This document shows, piece after piece, positions 47,535 through 56,859 of a stretch of 64,000 nt of DNA. Origin of the DNA: an uncultured Verrucomicrobiae bacterium (GTDB lineage Bacteria > Verrucomicrobiota > Verrucomicrobiia > Chthoniobacterales > UBA10450); NCBI GenBank assembly GCA_963834385.1, contig CAWIBO010000003.1:128001-192000 (forward strand), written 5' to 3'. A program made the position numbers and the translations under genes. Every line of letters starts with the position of its first letter. The stretch's first letter is position 1. Under the pieces are notes generated by a model. The model was not told where the DNA came from. It did not search any database and worked only from the letters and a program-made list of their open reading frames with translations.

Positions 47535-48062
47535 TCAGGCCGCGAGCAGCGGGGAAACCGGACGGGCGGATTCAACACCCCCGAACTTCGGATAAAGAAA
47601 GCGAGCCACCACGCTGGAGCGCTTGGCCAGGGCCGACGCCCGCCGCAATCCGGCCTCGGCGAGGAGGTGGAGAGCGCTTTCCATGAGCAGGGCGGCAAAG
47701 CCCCGGTTCCGATATTCCATCAGGATGCAGGGTCCGGGGGCGAGGTGATACTCCGACTCCGGGTCGAGGGAGAGCATGGTGGCGCCGATGATGCGCTGGC
47801 CATGCTTGAGCACGAGACCGGCATGCAAACCGCTCTCGGGGGCAAAGGCTCCCTCCAGCCATTGGTCGATCAACTCGCTCATTTCCTGAAGCTCCGGGTT
47901 CCACGACGAATCGAGGACGAAGGAGGTGGCAATGGCCCGGCGGATTTCCTGCTCGTCGCCTTCCTCTGCGGGCAGGACGCGATAATGTTCCGGCGCGCCG
48001 AGGCCGGGCGGCGGAAGCTGCGTCAAGTCCCACGAAAAACGTGTCCAGTTATCCCTTCTCAT
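47535..48062 (-). CDS. GNAT-fold acetyltransferase-like protein
   Basis: CILMEYRNRGFAALL matches the acetyl-CoA motif A (R/Q-x-x-G-x-A); FLYPKFG end motif. Confidence 0.65.
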   Translation of the reverse strand: MRRDNWTRFSWDLTQLPPPGLGAPEHYRVLPAEEGDEQEIRRAIATSFVLDSSWNPELQEMSELIDQWLEGAFAPESGLHAGLVLKHGQRIIGATMLSLDPESEYHLAPGPCILMEYRNRGFAALLMESALHLLAEAGLRRASALAKRSSVVARFLYPKFGGVESARPVSPLLAA

Positions 48063-48214
48063 AAGTCGGGGGCGCCCGGTCGAGAGACCGGAAACAACCC
48101 TTCCCGGAGGTGTTAACGCGGCAACCATGGTTGTGAGACGCACTTTCCTGCGTCACCCAAGTTAAAATCGTGGCGCCGCCCCTCCCCGGATGGGACAAAA
48201 CGGCGCGGTTGGCT

Positions 48215-48682
48215 TCAGATCGACTGGACGGCCTTCATCGTCTCGTGGAACGACTGGTAAAGTTCGCGGTATTGGGCGACGCCGCGGCGAAGGACCGGCT
48301 TGAAGTTGGCGAGGTCGGCCACGTTGACGATCTGGTCAACGCTTTGCACGAAGGCGCTCATGGCGTCGTTGGTGGCGAAGCGATGGCTGAGGAGGACGAC
48401 GAAGTGCTGGCGGCGCTGGGCGCCGGTCGTGCTCGTCATGTAGCGCAGGATTGGGTTGGCCTGGAGGGTGGATCCCTTGAAGGTCTCGTAGATCACGACC
48501 ACATCGTAATTGTAGGTCTTGAGTTTGAGGAGAACGTCCTCCTCGTAGAGGCCGAGGTGGACCTTGTAGGAGATGTCGATCAGCTGCGGCACGATCACCT
48601 TCTGATATTGCTGGTGATCGACGCAGACGAGGGCGGTGTTATCGCCGGCGTCGAAGAAGGAGGAATCGTTGGTCTGGATCAT
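48215..48682 (-). CDS. Hypothetical protein with receiver-like alpha/beta fold, pilT-associated
   Basis: ALVCVD, YDVVVIYE and TNDAMSAF..SVD pattern; cotranscribed after pilU. Confidence 0.65.
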   Translation of the reverse strand: MIQTNDSSFFDAGDNTALVCVDHQQYQKVIVPQLIDISYKVHLGLYEEDVLLKLKTYNYDVVVIYETFKGSTLQANPILRYMTSTTGAQRRQHFVVLLSHRFATNDAMSAFVQSVDQIVNVADLANFKPVLRRGVAQYRELYQSFHETMKAVQSI

Positions 48683-48688
48683 GGCGGT

Positions 48689-49855
48689 TTAGCGGAAGGC
48701 GTTGGCGGGAAGGTCGAGGCGAAGTCCGGAATCGAGGTCGCTGTCGATGCCGCGCGCCTTCTGAATCAGGTCGAGCCCGCGGGCGATCCGGCCTTTGCGG
48801 CTGGCATAAAGCCGGGCCGTGTTTTCGTCGATGGCGCCGTTTTCGTAGGCATTGAGGATCGACTGGTCGAAGGTGAGCCAGCCGAAGGGGGTGCTGGCCT
48901 CGATGATTTCGTAGAAGTTGCGGTGTTCACCTTCGCCAAGAGCGATGGTTTCCTTGGTCCGCAGATTGTTGCCCATGATCTCGGCAAGGAGATGACGGCC
49001 GCCGCCGGCCCGGGGGACGAGGCGCTGGCTCACGATGTAGCGAAGGGTGTCGGAAAGGCGGAGGCGCAACTGCTGTTCTTCGCCGAGGGAGAAGAGGCCG
49101 AGGATGCGGTTGATCGACTGGCCGGCGTCGACCGTGTGCAGGGTGCTGAGGACGAGGTGACCGGTCTCGGCCGCCATGAGGGCGACCTCGACGGTGGCGC
49201 GGTCGCGCATTTCGCCTACGAGGATGACCTTGGGAGCCTGGCGCAGGGCGGCGCGCAGGCCGTTGGGATAGTTGTTAAAATCGTGGCCCAGCTCGCGCTG
49301 ATTAAAGGTGGCGCGGTGAGACCGGTGGATGAACTCGATCGGGTCCTCCAGGGTCACGATATGCACGGCCTGCTTTTCGTTGATCTCGTTCAGGAGAGCG
49401 GCCAGCGTCGTGGTCTTGCCGCTGCCGGTGGCGCCGGTGACCAGGATAAGGCCGGTCTTTTCGCGCGCGATCTCCTCGAAGATGGGCGGCAGTTCGAGGC
49501 CGCCCAGCGTCGGGATCTGGGCCTGCAGCTTGCGCATGACAATGGAGAACTGGCCCTGTTGCCGGAAGATATTGACGCGGAAACGCGCCTCCTCCCCCAG
49601 GGTGTAGCTGCAGTCGCAGGAGCCCCCAGTGAGATAATCGTAGAGAAGACGACGGTTGCCCTGCATCAAAGTCAGGGCGATCTGCTCGGTCTGGTGCGGC
49701 GTCAGGGCCTCAATCGGCGGATCGACGAAGACCGGCTTGAGTTCGCCGAAGTCCTCCACCTGGAGGGGACGGCCGACGGAAAAATTGAGGTCGGAAATGC
49801 CGTCATACGTCTGCAGCATGGCCGAAAGAATGCGGTCGAGGTCGGGAATTCGCAT
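48689..49855 (-). CDS. pilU: PilT/PilU-family type IV pilus retraction ATPase (paralog 2)
   Basis: GATGSGKTT, TLEDPIE, LRQAPKVILVGEMRD and ETGHLVLSTLHT. Confidence 0.88.
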   Translation of the reverse strand: MRIPDLDRILSAMLQTYDGISDLNFSVGRPLQVEDFGELKPVFVDPPIEALTPHQTEQIALTLMQGNRRLLYDYLTGGSCDCSYTLGEEARFRVNIFRQQGQFSIVMRKLQAQIPTLGGLELPPIFEEIAREKTGLILVTGATGSGKTTTLAALLNEINEKQAVHIVTLEDPIEFIHRSHRATFNQRELGHDFNNYPNGLRAALRQAPKVILVGEMRDRATVEVALMAAETGHLVLSTLHTVDAGQSINRILGLFSLGEEQQLRLRLSDTLRYIVSQRLVPRAGGGRHLLAEIMGNNLRTKETIALGEGEHRNFYEIIEASTPFGWLTFDQSILNAYENGAIDENTARLYASRKGRIARGLDLIQKARGIDSDLDSGLRLDLPANAFR

Positions 49856-49866
49856 GGCGGGGCGAT

Positions 49867-50949
49867 TTATTCGTCGGTGAGGTCGGTCGGCGGGTTCTTG
49901 AGGAAGGGCCGGAATTTTTTCTTATCGAGGCACTTGTCGTAGGCTTCCTCGGGAGAGATGCGGGCCTCGCGGAGGTGCTCCATGATGGCGTCGTCGAGCG
50001 GCTGGTTGCCCTTTTTCTTGCCCACCTGGATCATGCCGGGGATCTGGTGGGTCTTGGCCTCGCGGATCAGGTTGGCAATGGCCATGTCGACCACGAGGAT
50101 CTCGAGGGCGGCAACGCGGCCGGGCCGGTCGATGCGCTTGAACAGGTTCTGGGCGATGACGCCCTTGAGCGACTCGGCCAGGGTGGTGCGGATCTGGTTT
50201 TGCTGGCTGGTCGGGAAGACATCAACCACGCGGTCGACCGCCTTGGAGGCGCTGGAGGTGTGGAGCGTGCCGAAAACAAGGTGGCCGGTGGCGGCGGCGG
50301 TGAGCGCGAGCTCAATGGTCTCGAGGTCGCGCATTTCGCCGACGAGCAGGATATCGGGATCTTCGCGCAGGGCGCCGCGGAGGGCGGCGGCGAAGGAGCG
50401 GGTATGGACGCCCACCTCGCGGTGCTGCACCAGGCAATTCTGGCTGCGGTGCACAAACTCGATCGGGTCCTCCACCGTGATGATGTGGTCGTGCCTTTGC
50501 AGGTTCGCGTAATCCATCATGGCCGCGAGCGTGGTCGACTTGCCGGAGCCGGTCGGGCCGGTGACCAGAATGAGACCTTTTTTCAGGAGCGGAAATTTTT
50601 TCAGGACCGGCGGCAGGTTCAACTGCTCGACCGTCAGGACCGTGGAAGGAATCAGGCGGAAGACCGCGGAGATGCCGTATTTCTGCTGGAAAAAGTTGGC
50701 GCGGTAGCGGGCGACGCCCGGCACTTCATAGCCGAAATCGACGTCGGAAGTTTCCTCGAAGAGTTTGATCTTACCCTCCGGGGCGATCTCATAGACCATG
50801 GCCTTGAGTTCGTCGTTGGCGAGCGCGGGGTAGTCGACCCGGATCAGCTCGCCATTGATGCGAAGCATCGGCGGGTTGTTCGTGGAAAGGTGAAGGTCCG
50901 AGGCCTTTTGCTCGGACATAAGTTTGAAGAAAGCGTCAATGCGAGCCAT
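49867..50949 (-). CDS. pilT: Type IV pilus retraction ATPase PilT
   Basis: GPTGSGKSTT, LREDPDILLVGEMRD and AIANLIRE. Confidence 0.93.
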   Translation of the reverse strand: MARIDAFFKLMSEQKASDLHLSTNNPPMLRINGELIRVDYPALANDELKAMVYEIAPEGKIKLFEETSDVDFGYEVPGVARYRANFFQQKYGISAVFRLIPSTVLTVEQLNLPPVLKKFPLLKKGLILVTGPTGSGKSTTLAAMMDYANLQRHDHIITVEDPIEFVHRSQNCLVQHREVGVHTRSFAAALRGALREDPDILLVGEMRDLETIELALTAAATGHLVFGTLHTSSASKAVDRVVDVFPTSQQNQIRTTLAESLKGVIAQNLFKRIDRPGRVAALEILVVDMAIANLIREAKTHQIPGMIQVGKKKGNQPLDDAIMEHLREARISPEEAYDKCLDKKKFRPFLKNPPTDLTDE

Positions 50950-51014
50950 GGGCGTGGTCCCATGGTGAAGCTAAATCGGTGCCATCGGGCGGGCTTTCCA
51001 CGACCCGCCCGGAC

Positions 51015-51824
51015 TTACCCGGGCCCGCCAGGGCCGGCGTCAAGGGTCGAGCGCACCTGCTCGAGCAATTTCTCGCGACTGTAAGGCTTGGGAATAAAAC
51101 CCCGCAGGCCCTTGGCGAGCATGTTTCCCAGCTTGCCCTGTTCCGCGAAACCGCTGCTCAGGACCACGTTGACCTGGGGATTGAGCGTGCGCAGTTCATC
51201 GAAGACCGCATCCCCATCCATGACCGGGAGAAAGAAATCGAGGATGACCAGCCCGATATGGCGGCTGATCTGCTGGTAAATGCGCAGGGCCTCGAAACCG
51301 TCCTTGGCCAGGATGACGCGGTAGCCTTCTTCGGCCAGCATCTCGGCAGCCAGCTCGGAGATTTCGGGCTCGTCGTCCACCAGCAAGATGAGCTCCCGGC
51401 GGCCTTTGGCGTTGCGCACGGAAATCTCCGGAGGGATCTCCGCGGAAATCGGGAAGGGGACGGTGGCACCCGGCGAATCCGACGGGCGCGGAGGCCGCGA
51501 CGCCTGTTTTGGCGCGGGCGAAGATGGCGAAGGCTGCTCTCTGGATGAGGAAGGCGAAGGGACCACCTTGAAGGGAATGGTGGACCGGACGGGCGCCGGC
51601 CCGGGTTTGCTGGTGCTGCCCGTGAGAATGCGGGAGGTGACACGGTCAAAAAGCGCCTGCGCGGTCTTGGTGGCCATCTCGACATGCTCGCTCAGCGTCT
51701 CGAGATATTTGCCCTCTCCCTTTTGCTGCCGTGCCAGGTCGGCATAGCGGGAGACCTGCTGCAACTGGGAGTTGAGCTCGGTCGAAGTGGTGGCAATCCA
51801 CTTCAGGTCATCGTGATCTAACAT
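51015..51824 (-). CDS. Response regulator with DHp-like N-terminal helices and C-terminal receiver
   Basis: ILLVDDEP, LVILDFFLPVMDG, SSG and FIPKPY; N-terminal ELNSQLQQVSRYADL. Confidence 0.8.
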   Translation of the reverse strand: MLDHDDLKWIATTSTELNSQLQQVSRYADLARQQKGEGKYLETLSEHVEMATKTAQALFDRVTSRILTGSTSKPGPAPVRSTIPFKVVPSPSSSREQPSPSSPAPKQASRPPRPSDSPGATVPFPISAEIPPEISVRNAKGRRELILLVDDEPEISELAAEMLAEEGYRVILAKDGFEALRIYQQISRHIGLVILDFFLPVMDGDAVFDELRTLNPQVNVVLSSGFAEQGKLGNMLAKGLRGFIPKPYSREKLLEQVRSTLDAGPGGPG

Positions 51825-51960
51825 GAATCCTTCATTCCTCTCGCGCTATGTCCGAATCATTGCGCTCGCTGACATAAGCCCAGCAGACACAGCCTAAAAC
51901 CGAGCCGAGGGCGAGGGCAAATAACGCAATGCTTAACATAGATCAGAGGAAGAAAAAATC

Positions 51961-51976
51961 AGCACGCTTTGTGCCC
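51961..51976 (-). promoter_or_regulatory. Candidate sigma54 promoter upstream of the regulator-pilT-pilU operon
   Basis: Minus strand GGGCACAAAGCGTGCT = GG-N10-GC with GGCAC core. Confidence 0.5.
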
Positions 51977-52012
51977 TTTTGAAAATGTGGCGTCAACCGC
52001 ATTCTGCCCGGG

Positions 52013-52465
52013 TCACAAGAATGTCACACCAAAAAAATCGCGAAAGACCTTTTGGTAGACCGGTCGCTTCATCGGGGGCAGCCACTCCAGGCGGAAATCG
52101 GCGGGCTGAATCCAGCGGAGTTGGCGAAACTCGGGGGCGGCGGTGGCGGCGGTAATGACGGCGTCTGCGTCGCGGCAGAGTTCGACCAGAAAATATTCCT
52201 GTTCCTGTCCGTTATGGCCTTTCTTGGTAAAGCCTGGCGGGAAGAGGTATCGGTAGGGGCCTTTGCGCGCGGTGACCCGATAATACTCCGCGGGAAGACC
52301 AATCTCCTCGAGCAGCTCGCGGCGCAGGGCCGCTTCCGGGTCTTCCCCCGGTTCGATGCCACCCTGCGGAAACTGCCAGGCGCCTTCCCTGTTGGCCCGT
52401 TCGCCGAGAAGAATCCGGCCCGCGCGATTCTGCACAATCCCGGCCACGCAGGGACGATAGGTCAT
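52013..52465 (-). CDS. rppH: Nudix hydrolase, RNA pyrophosphohydrolase-like
   Basis: YRPCVAG, WQFPQGGIEPGEDPEAALRRELLEEIGL Nudix box, GQEQEYF and PEF..W. Confidence 0.82.
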   Translation of the reverse strand: MTYRPCVAGIVQNRAGRILLGERANREGAWQFPQGGIEPGEDPEAALRRELLEEIGLPAEYYRVTARKGPYRYLFPPGFTKKGHNGQEQEYFLVELCRDADAVITAATAAPEFRQLRWIQPADFRLEWLPPMKRPVYQKVFRDFFGVTFL

Positions 52466-52541
52466 GCCGGAAGATGGCACGCCCCGGGGTTTCGCTCGAA
52501 CGGGCGCTCGCGCGGAGCCACGAAAGGGAGTATCTCGCCCG

Positions 52542-53027
52542 ATGCCGATCAGCTTCCGAAACGCGTTTTATGCGGGCGCGTTGCTCGCCCTTGTGGTGGG
52601 GCTTTGGCTGGCCCGCCTTTGGCAACCGGAACGCCAGGTGCGTCTGCACACGGAGCATCTCCTGGCGGCGGCGAACGGGCGGGATTGGCAGGAGATCGAG
52701 GAATTTGTCGCGATGGATTACCGCGATCAATGGGGGCACGACCGGGAGGAGGCGTTGCGCCGCCTGCGCCTGGTCCTGCAATATGCCCGCGGCGCGCGCC
52801 TCCAGTCCGGGCTTCCCTCGGTCGAAATCACCGGACGCCAGGGCCTCTGGCTGGGGACGATCAAGGTGGAAGGGGAGGGCGAAGGGGCGGCCCTGCTGGC
52901 GGAGCGGATCAATCCGCTGGAGGTGCCGTTCCAGCTCGACTGGCAGCGCTTCTCGCGCAAGCCCTGGGACTGGCGGCTGGTGGCGGTGCGCAACCGCGCC
53001 CTGGAAATCCCCTCTGCCGGGTTCTGA
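52542..53027 (+). CDS. Membrane-anchored hypothetical protein (NTF2-like?)
   Basis: N-terminal TM followed by DYRDQWGHDR. Confidence 0.6.
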   Translation: MPISFRNAFYAGALLALVVGLWLARLWQPERQVRLHTEHLLAAANGRDWQEIEEFVAMDYRDQWGHDREEALRRLRLVLQYARGARLQSGLPSVEITGRQGLWLGTIKVEGEGEGAALLAERINPLEVPFQLDWQRFSRKPWDWRLVAVRNRALEIPSAGF

Positions 53028-53030
53028 TCC

Positions 53031-54212
53031 TTATTTGCCGAGAGCGGCGCGAAGTTCGGCCTTGGCCGCGACGACCTCACGTTCCGGCTCGTGGCAAAGA
53101 AGAAGGCCGCGCAGTTTGTCGCCGACAAAATATTTCGCGATGAACTTTTTCTTCGCGTGGGTGCCCTTCATTTCGATCCGGGTGGGAGCGATGGAGAAAT
53201 CGCCCACGAAATCGAAGCGGAGATCGAAAATCTGGGTCCAAAAATAGGGGATCTGCTCGTAGCGCATCCGTTTTTTGCCCGTGATATTGGCCCCGGCCAC
53301 CAGGCCCTGGGCGCGGGCGTTTTCCCAGTGCGTCTGGCGGCGCATCCCCCCCATGAGGCGGTCGGGATAAAAGGCGAGGTCGCCGATGGCAAAAATTCCC
53401 TTTTCCTCCGTCTCGAGGGAATCACCCACGGGCGAACCATGCGGCCCGGAGAGAGGGGTATTGCGGACGAGATCAAGATTCGGTTCGGCGCCGCAGGCGA
53501 CCACGGCCAGACCGGCGGGCACGCGGTTGCCGCTCTTCGTCTGGATGTTGCGCAGGACGGTTTTCCCCTCGAAACCGTTCAGGCTCTCGCCCATGAGCAG
53601 GGTGACGCCGTGCTTCTCGAAATAGCTGGTGATCCAGGCGCCGGTCTCCGGATCGACGTAGCGATTCAGGAGATAGGAATTCCGGTGCATCATGCTGACC
53701 TTGATTTTGAGGGCGCGCAGGTGCGAGGCGGTCTCGCAGGCGAGAAGGCCGCCGCCCACGACCATGACCGTTTTTTCGTTGCCGGCCATTTCCCGGAGGG
53801 CGTTGGCATCGCGGATGGTGCGAAGATAAATGACGTTGCCAAGGCCGACGCCGGCGACCGGGGGGCGGACGGGGCGGCTGCCCATGGCGAGGCAGGCTTT
53901 CTTGAACTCGATGGTCTCGCCGTTGCCGAGCACGGCGAGGCGACGGTCGATGTTGAACTGGGTGACGACGCAACCGGCGCGAAACTCGATTTTATGGCTG
54001 TCGTACCAACGGGGATCATGCTCGGCCAGGCGGGCCACCTGGGGCCGCTTGTCGTGCAGGTAATGCTTCGAGAGCAACCAGCGTTTGTAAGGATGGAACG
54101 TCTCGGCGCCGACCAGGGTGACCGAGCCGCGTTTGTCGTATTTGCGAATGGCTTCGCAGACGCTCGCGCCGCCAATTCCGGCCCCGATAATAAGGTAATC
54201 CCGCTGAATCAT
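53031..54212 (-). CDS. FAD-dependent NAD(P)H oxidoreductase (ferredoxin reductase/AIF-like)
   Basis: IIGAGIGG, VGGGLLACE, IFAIGDLA and PYFWTQIF. Confidence 0.88.
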   Translation of the reverse strand: MIQRDYLIIGAGIGGASVCEAIRKYDKRGSVTLVGAETFHPYKRWLLSKHYLHDKRPQVARLAEHDPRWYDSHKIEFRAGCVVTQFNIDRRLAVLGNGETIEFKKACLAMGSRPVRPPVAGVGLGNVIYLRTIRDANALREMAGNEKTVMVVGGGLLACETASHLRALKIKVSMMHRNSYLLNRYVDPETGAWITSYFEKHGVTLLMGESLNGFEGKTVLRNIQTKSGNRVPAGLAVVACGAEPNLDLVRNTPLSGPHGSPVGDSLETEEKGIFAIGDLAFYPDRLMGGMRRQTHWENARAQGLVAGANITGKKRMRYEQIPYFWTQIFDLRFDFVGDFSIAPTRIEMKGTHAKKKFIAKYFVGDKLRGLLLCHEPEREVVAAKAELRAALGK

Positions 54213-54297
54213 CTGAAGATTGCCGGACGATAGAGAAGCGGTGCGCGCACTGGCGAGGCAAAAATGAGAGGGGGCGTGAAGAGCGGGCCGGGGCGGC

Positions 54298-55629
54298 TCA
54301 GGCGAGGACGGCCCGGCAGATGATAACGGAGGCGACAATGCCCGCCCCGTCGGCCAGCAACCCGGTCGGAATGGCATGGCGCGTCTGGGTCACGCCAACC
54401 GAGCCGAAATAGACTGCGACGACGTAAAAGGTGGTCTCGGTACTGCCGAAGATGGTGGCGGCCATGAGGGTGACGATGTTCTCGGGGCCGAGGCGCTGGA
54501 TCAGCTCGGTAAACAGGGCCAGGGAAGCCCCGCCGCTGAGAGGGCGCATGAGGGCGAGCGGAAGGAGATCGGGCGGGAACTGGAGCGGCGCCAGCACCGG
54601 GGTCAGCCCGCGGGTGAGGAGATCGATGCCGCCCGCGCCTTTAAACATGTTGATCGCCACCAGCATGGTCACGAGGAACGGGATGATCTTAAGGATGACG
54701 CTGAAGCCTTCCTTGGCGCCCTCGACAAACTCGTCGTAAACGCTGATGCCGCGGGTCATGGCGAAGAGCGGGAAAAAGCTGAGGAGAAAGGGGATGGCCA
54801 GGAGCGAGAGAGCGTTGACGCCGCGGACGAAGCCGGTTTCGTCAGGCGCGGTGGCAAGACCGAACCAGGCGGGGAAGGTGCCCCGGAGAAAGAGGGCCAC
54901 GAAGAAGAGAACCAGGAGCCAGAGGGCGGCCCGGCCCCACCAGGGCGGAGCCGTCTCGACGACCGTCGCCTCGGGGACCTCGAGAGCCTCGTGTTCGGCC
55001 CAGGTTTCGGTCGCGCGGCTGAGGGCGCTCCGGTCCGGGGCGCGCACGGCGAAGACGGGCCAGCGTTCCAGGAGTTTTACCACCACGATGGCCACGATGG
55101 TGGAACAAAGCGTGGCCAGGAGGGCGGTCCCGACGATGGCGGTGGGCCGGGCCGACCCGGCGGAGGCGAGGAGGGCAATGGCGGTGGCGGGGATCAACTG
55201 GATGGAGCTGGTGTTAATCGCGAGGAAGGTGACCATGGCGTTGGTGGCGACGCCGGGGACCTTGTTCAACCGCTGAAGATCGCGCATGGCCCGCAGCCCG
55301 AGCGGAGTCGCGGCGTTGCCCAGGCCGAGCATGTTGGCCGCCATGTTCATCAGCATCGAGCCCATGGCCGGATGGTCAGGCGGCACATCGGGAAAAAGGC
55401 GGCGCAGCACCGGGCGCAGGCCGCGCGCCATTTTCTGGACGAGGCCGGCCCGCTCGGCCAGGCGCATGACGCCGAGCCAGAGGGCCATGATCCCAATCAA
55501 GCCGAGGGAAATGGTGGCGGCGGTTTTGGCCCCGTCAAAAGCGCCTTCGGTGACTTCCTTGAGCCGGTCGGTGGCGCCGCCGAGGACAACCGCGAGAAGG
55601 ATGAGCGAGAACCAGATATAATTCAGCAC
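54298..55629 (-). CDS. SpmA-SpmB fusion membrane protein (nucleoside-recognition gate domains)
   Basis: NMLGLGNAATPLG, RPLSGG and GSTETTFYV. Confidence 0.88.
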   Translation of the reverse strand: MLNYIWFSLILLAVVLGGATDRLKEVTEGAFDGAKTAATISLGLIGIMALWLGVMRLAERAGLVQKMARGLRPVLRRLFPDVPPDHPAMGSMLMNMAANMLGLGNAATPLGLRAMRDLQRLNKVPGVATNAMVTFLAINTSSIQLIPATAIALLASAGSARPTAIVGTALLATLCSTIVAIVVVKLLERWPVFAVRAPDRSALSRATETWAEHEALEVPEATVVETAPPWWGRAALWLLVLFFVALFLRGTFPAWFGLATAPDETGFVRGVNALSLLAIPFLLSFFPLFAMTRGISVYDEFVEGAKEGFSVILKIIPFLVTMLVAINMFKGAGGIDLLTRGLTPVLAPLQFPPDLLPLALMRPLSGGASLALFTELIQRLGPENIVTLMAATIFGSTETTFYVVAVYFGSVGVTQTRHAIPTGLLADGAGIVASVIICRAVLA

Positions 55630-55700
55630 CGGCCCACTCTTAAACGCGATGGCCCCGCCACGGGAAGCGGGATTTTTTCAGTCGCGACACCTGGTCCGGC

Positions 55701-56771
55701 TCAGCGCCGGGCTTTAACCGGGCGCGCGGCGAGGCGTCCCTGACCGAGCGCCTGGCGCGACTGGGCGAGACGCTGCGCGGCCTTGGGATAGGAGGGCATC
55801 AGGCGCAGCGCTTTTTCAAAGGCGGCCACCGCCTCGCGATGGCGTTGCTGGTGCTGGTAGGCGCAGCCGAGATGGTACCACACCGGTGCGTAGCTGGCGT
55901 TGAGATCGGCGCCCCGTTTCAAATGCATCAGGCCGGCTTTCGTCTGGCCGACCGCGGAAAGGCAAAAGCCCAGTTGCGACTGCACGAGAAAATCGCGCGG
56001 GTTCAGTCGCGCCGCGCGTTGCAACGGGCGAATCGCCTCGGGAATGCGGTTAAGGTTGATGTAGGCATATCCGACGGTGGCCAGGATGTCGGCGGCGTCC
56101 GGGGAGACATCAGCCGCGCGGGAGAGGGCGTTCAGGGAGGCCTGGGCCCGTCCCTGTTCCTTTTCCGCCCGGGCCAGGAGGAGCCAGGACACCGCGTAGG
56201 ACGGGGCCACCTCGGTGCCACGGCGCGCGTGCTGCACGGCGTCGGCGCGTCGGCCGAGACGATGGCTGGCGTCGCTCAGGAGCCAGTGCGATTCCGGCCA
56301 CGCTGGCTGCAATTTGGCGGCCCGCTTCAAAGGGGGAATGGCAGCGGCAAAGCGACCAAGGGAACCTTCCGCCACGCCGAGGCCGAAGTGCGCGTGGGCC
56401 ATTCCCGGGTCGAGCGCCACGGCCCGTTCCAGGCTGCTTTTCGCATCCTGCAACTGGCCGAAGAGCAGGCTCAACATCCCGCGAAAACTGTGCGCTCCCG
56501 CGCTTTGCGGATGCCGCGCGGTCAAATCGCGGGCCAGCGTGAGGCCTCGTTTGATCTGCCCGGACTGAAGCGCGGCCACGGTCTTGTTGACCAGCGGGTC
56601 GCGCAGGGCCGCGTCGTCCCGGCGCTGCAGGCCCTTCTCCACGCGCGGCTTCACCAGTTTCTCGGGCGGCGGCAGCTTTTTCAAAAGCCGGTCGATGGCC
56701 GGGTCGGCGGCATCGGCGCCGGCACCGGCCAGAAAAGCAAAGGCGAAGATCGCCAGGAAGCGATGCCGCAT
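55701..56771 (-). CDS. Secreted TPR protein
   Basis: Signal peptide MRHRFLAIF; repeated A...L..A..L.P TPR units. Confidence 0.82.
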   Translation of the reverse strand: MRHRFLAIFAFAFLAGAGADAADPAIDRLLKKLPPPEKLVKPRVEKGLQRRDDAALRDPLVNKTVAALQSGQIKRGLTLARDLTARHPQSAGAHSFRGMLSLLFGQLQDAKSSLERAVALDPGMAHAHFGLGVAEGSLGRFAAAIPPLKRAAKLQPAWPESHWLLSDASHRLGRRADAVQHARRGTEVAPSYAVSWLLLARAEKEQGRAQASLNALSRAADVSPDAADILATVGYAYINLNRIPEAIRPLQRAARLNPRDFLVQSQLGFCLSAVGQTKAGLMHLKRGADLNASYAPVWYHLGCAYQHQQRHREAVAAFEKALRLMPSYPKAAQRLAQSRQALGQGRLAARPVKARR

Positions 56772-56859
56772 GCCGCGCTTGGTAACGCCCCGGCGCGATT
56801 CTGACAAGAAGATTTTAAAGTGATTGCGTGCCGCGGTTCCGCTTTGCTAGAGCAGAACG

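Noticed and set aside
54298..55629. SpmA/SpmB as evidence of sporulation
   Set aside because: Fused SpmAB homologs are widespread in non-sporulating Gram-negative bacteria
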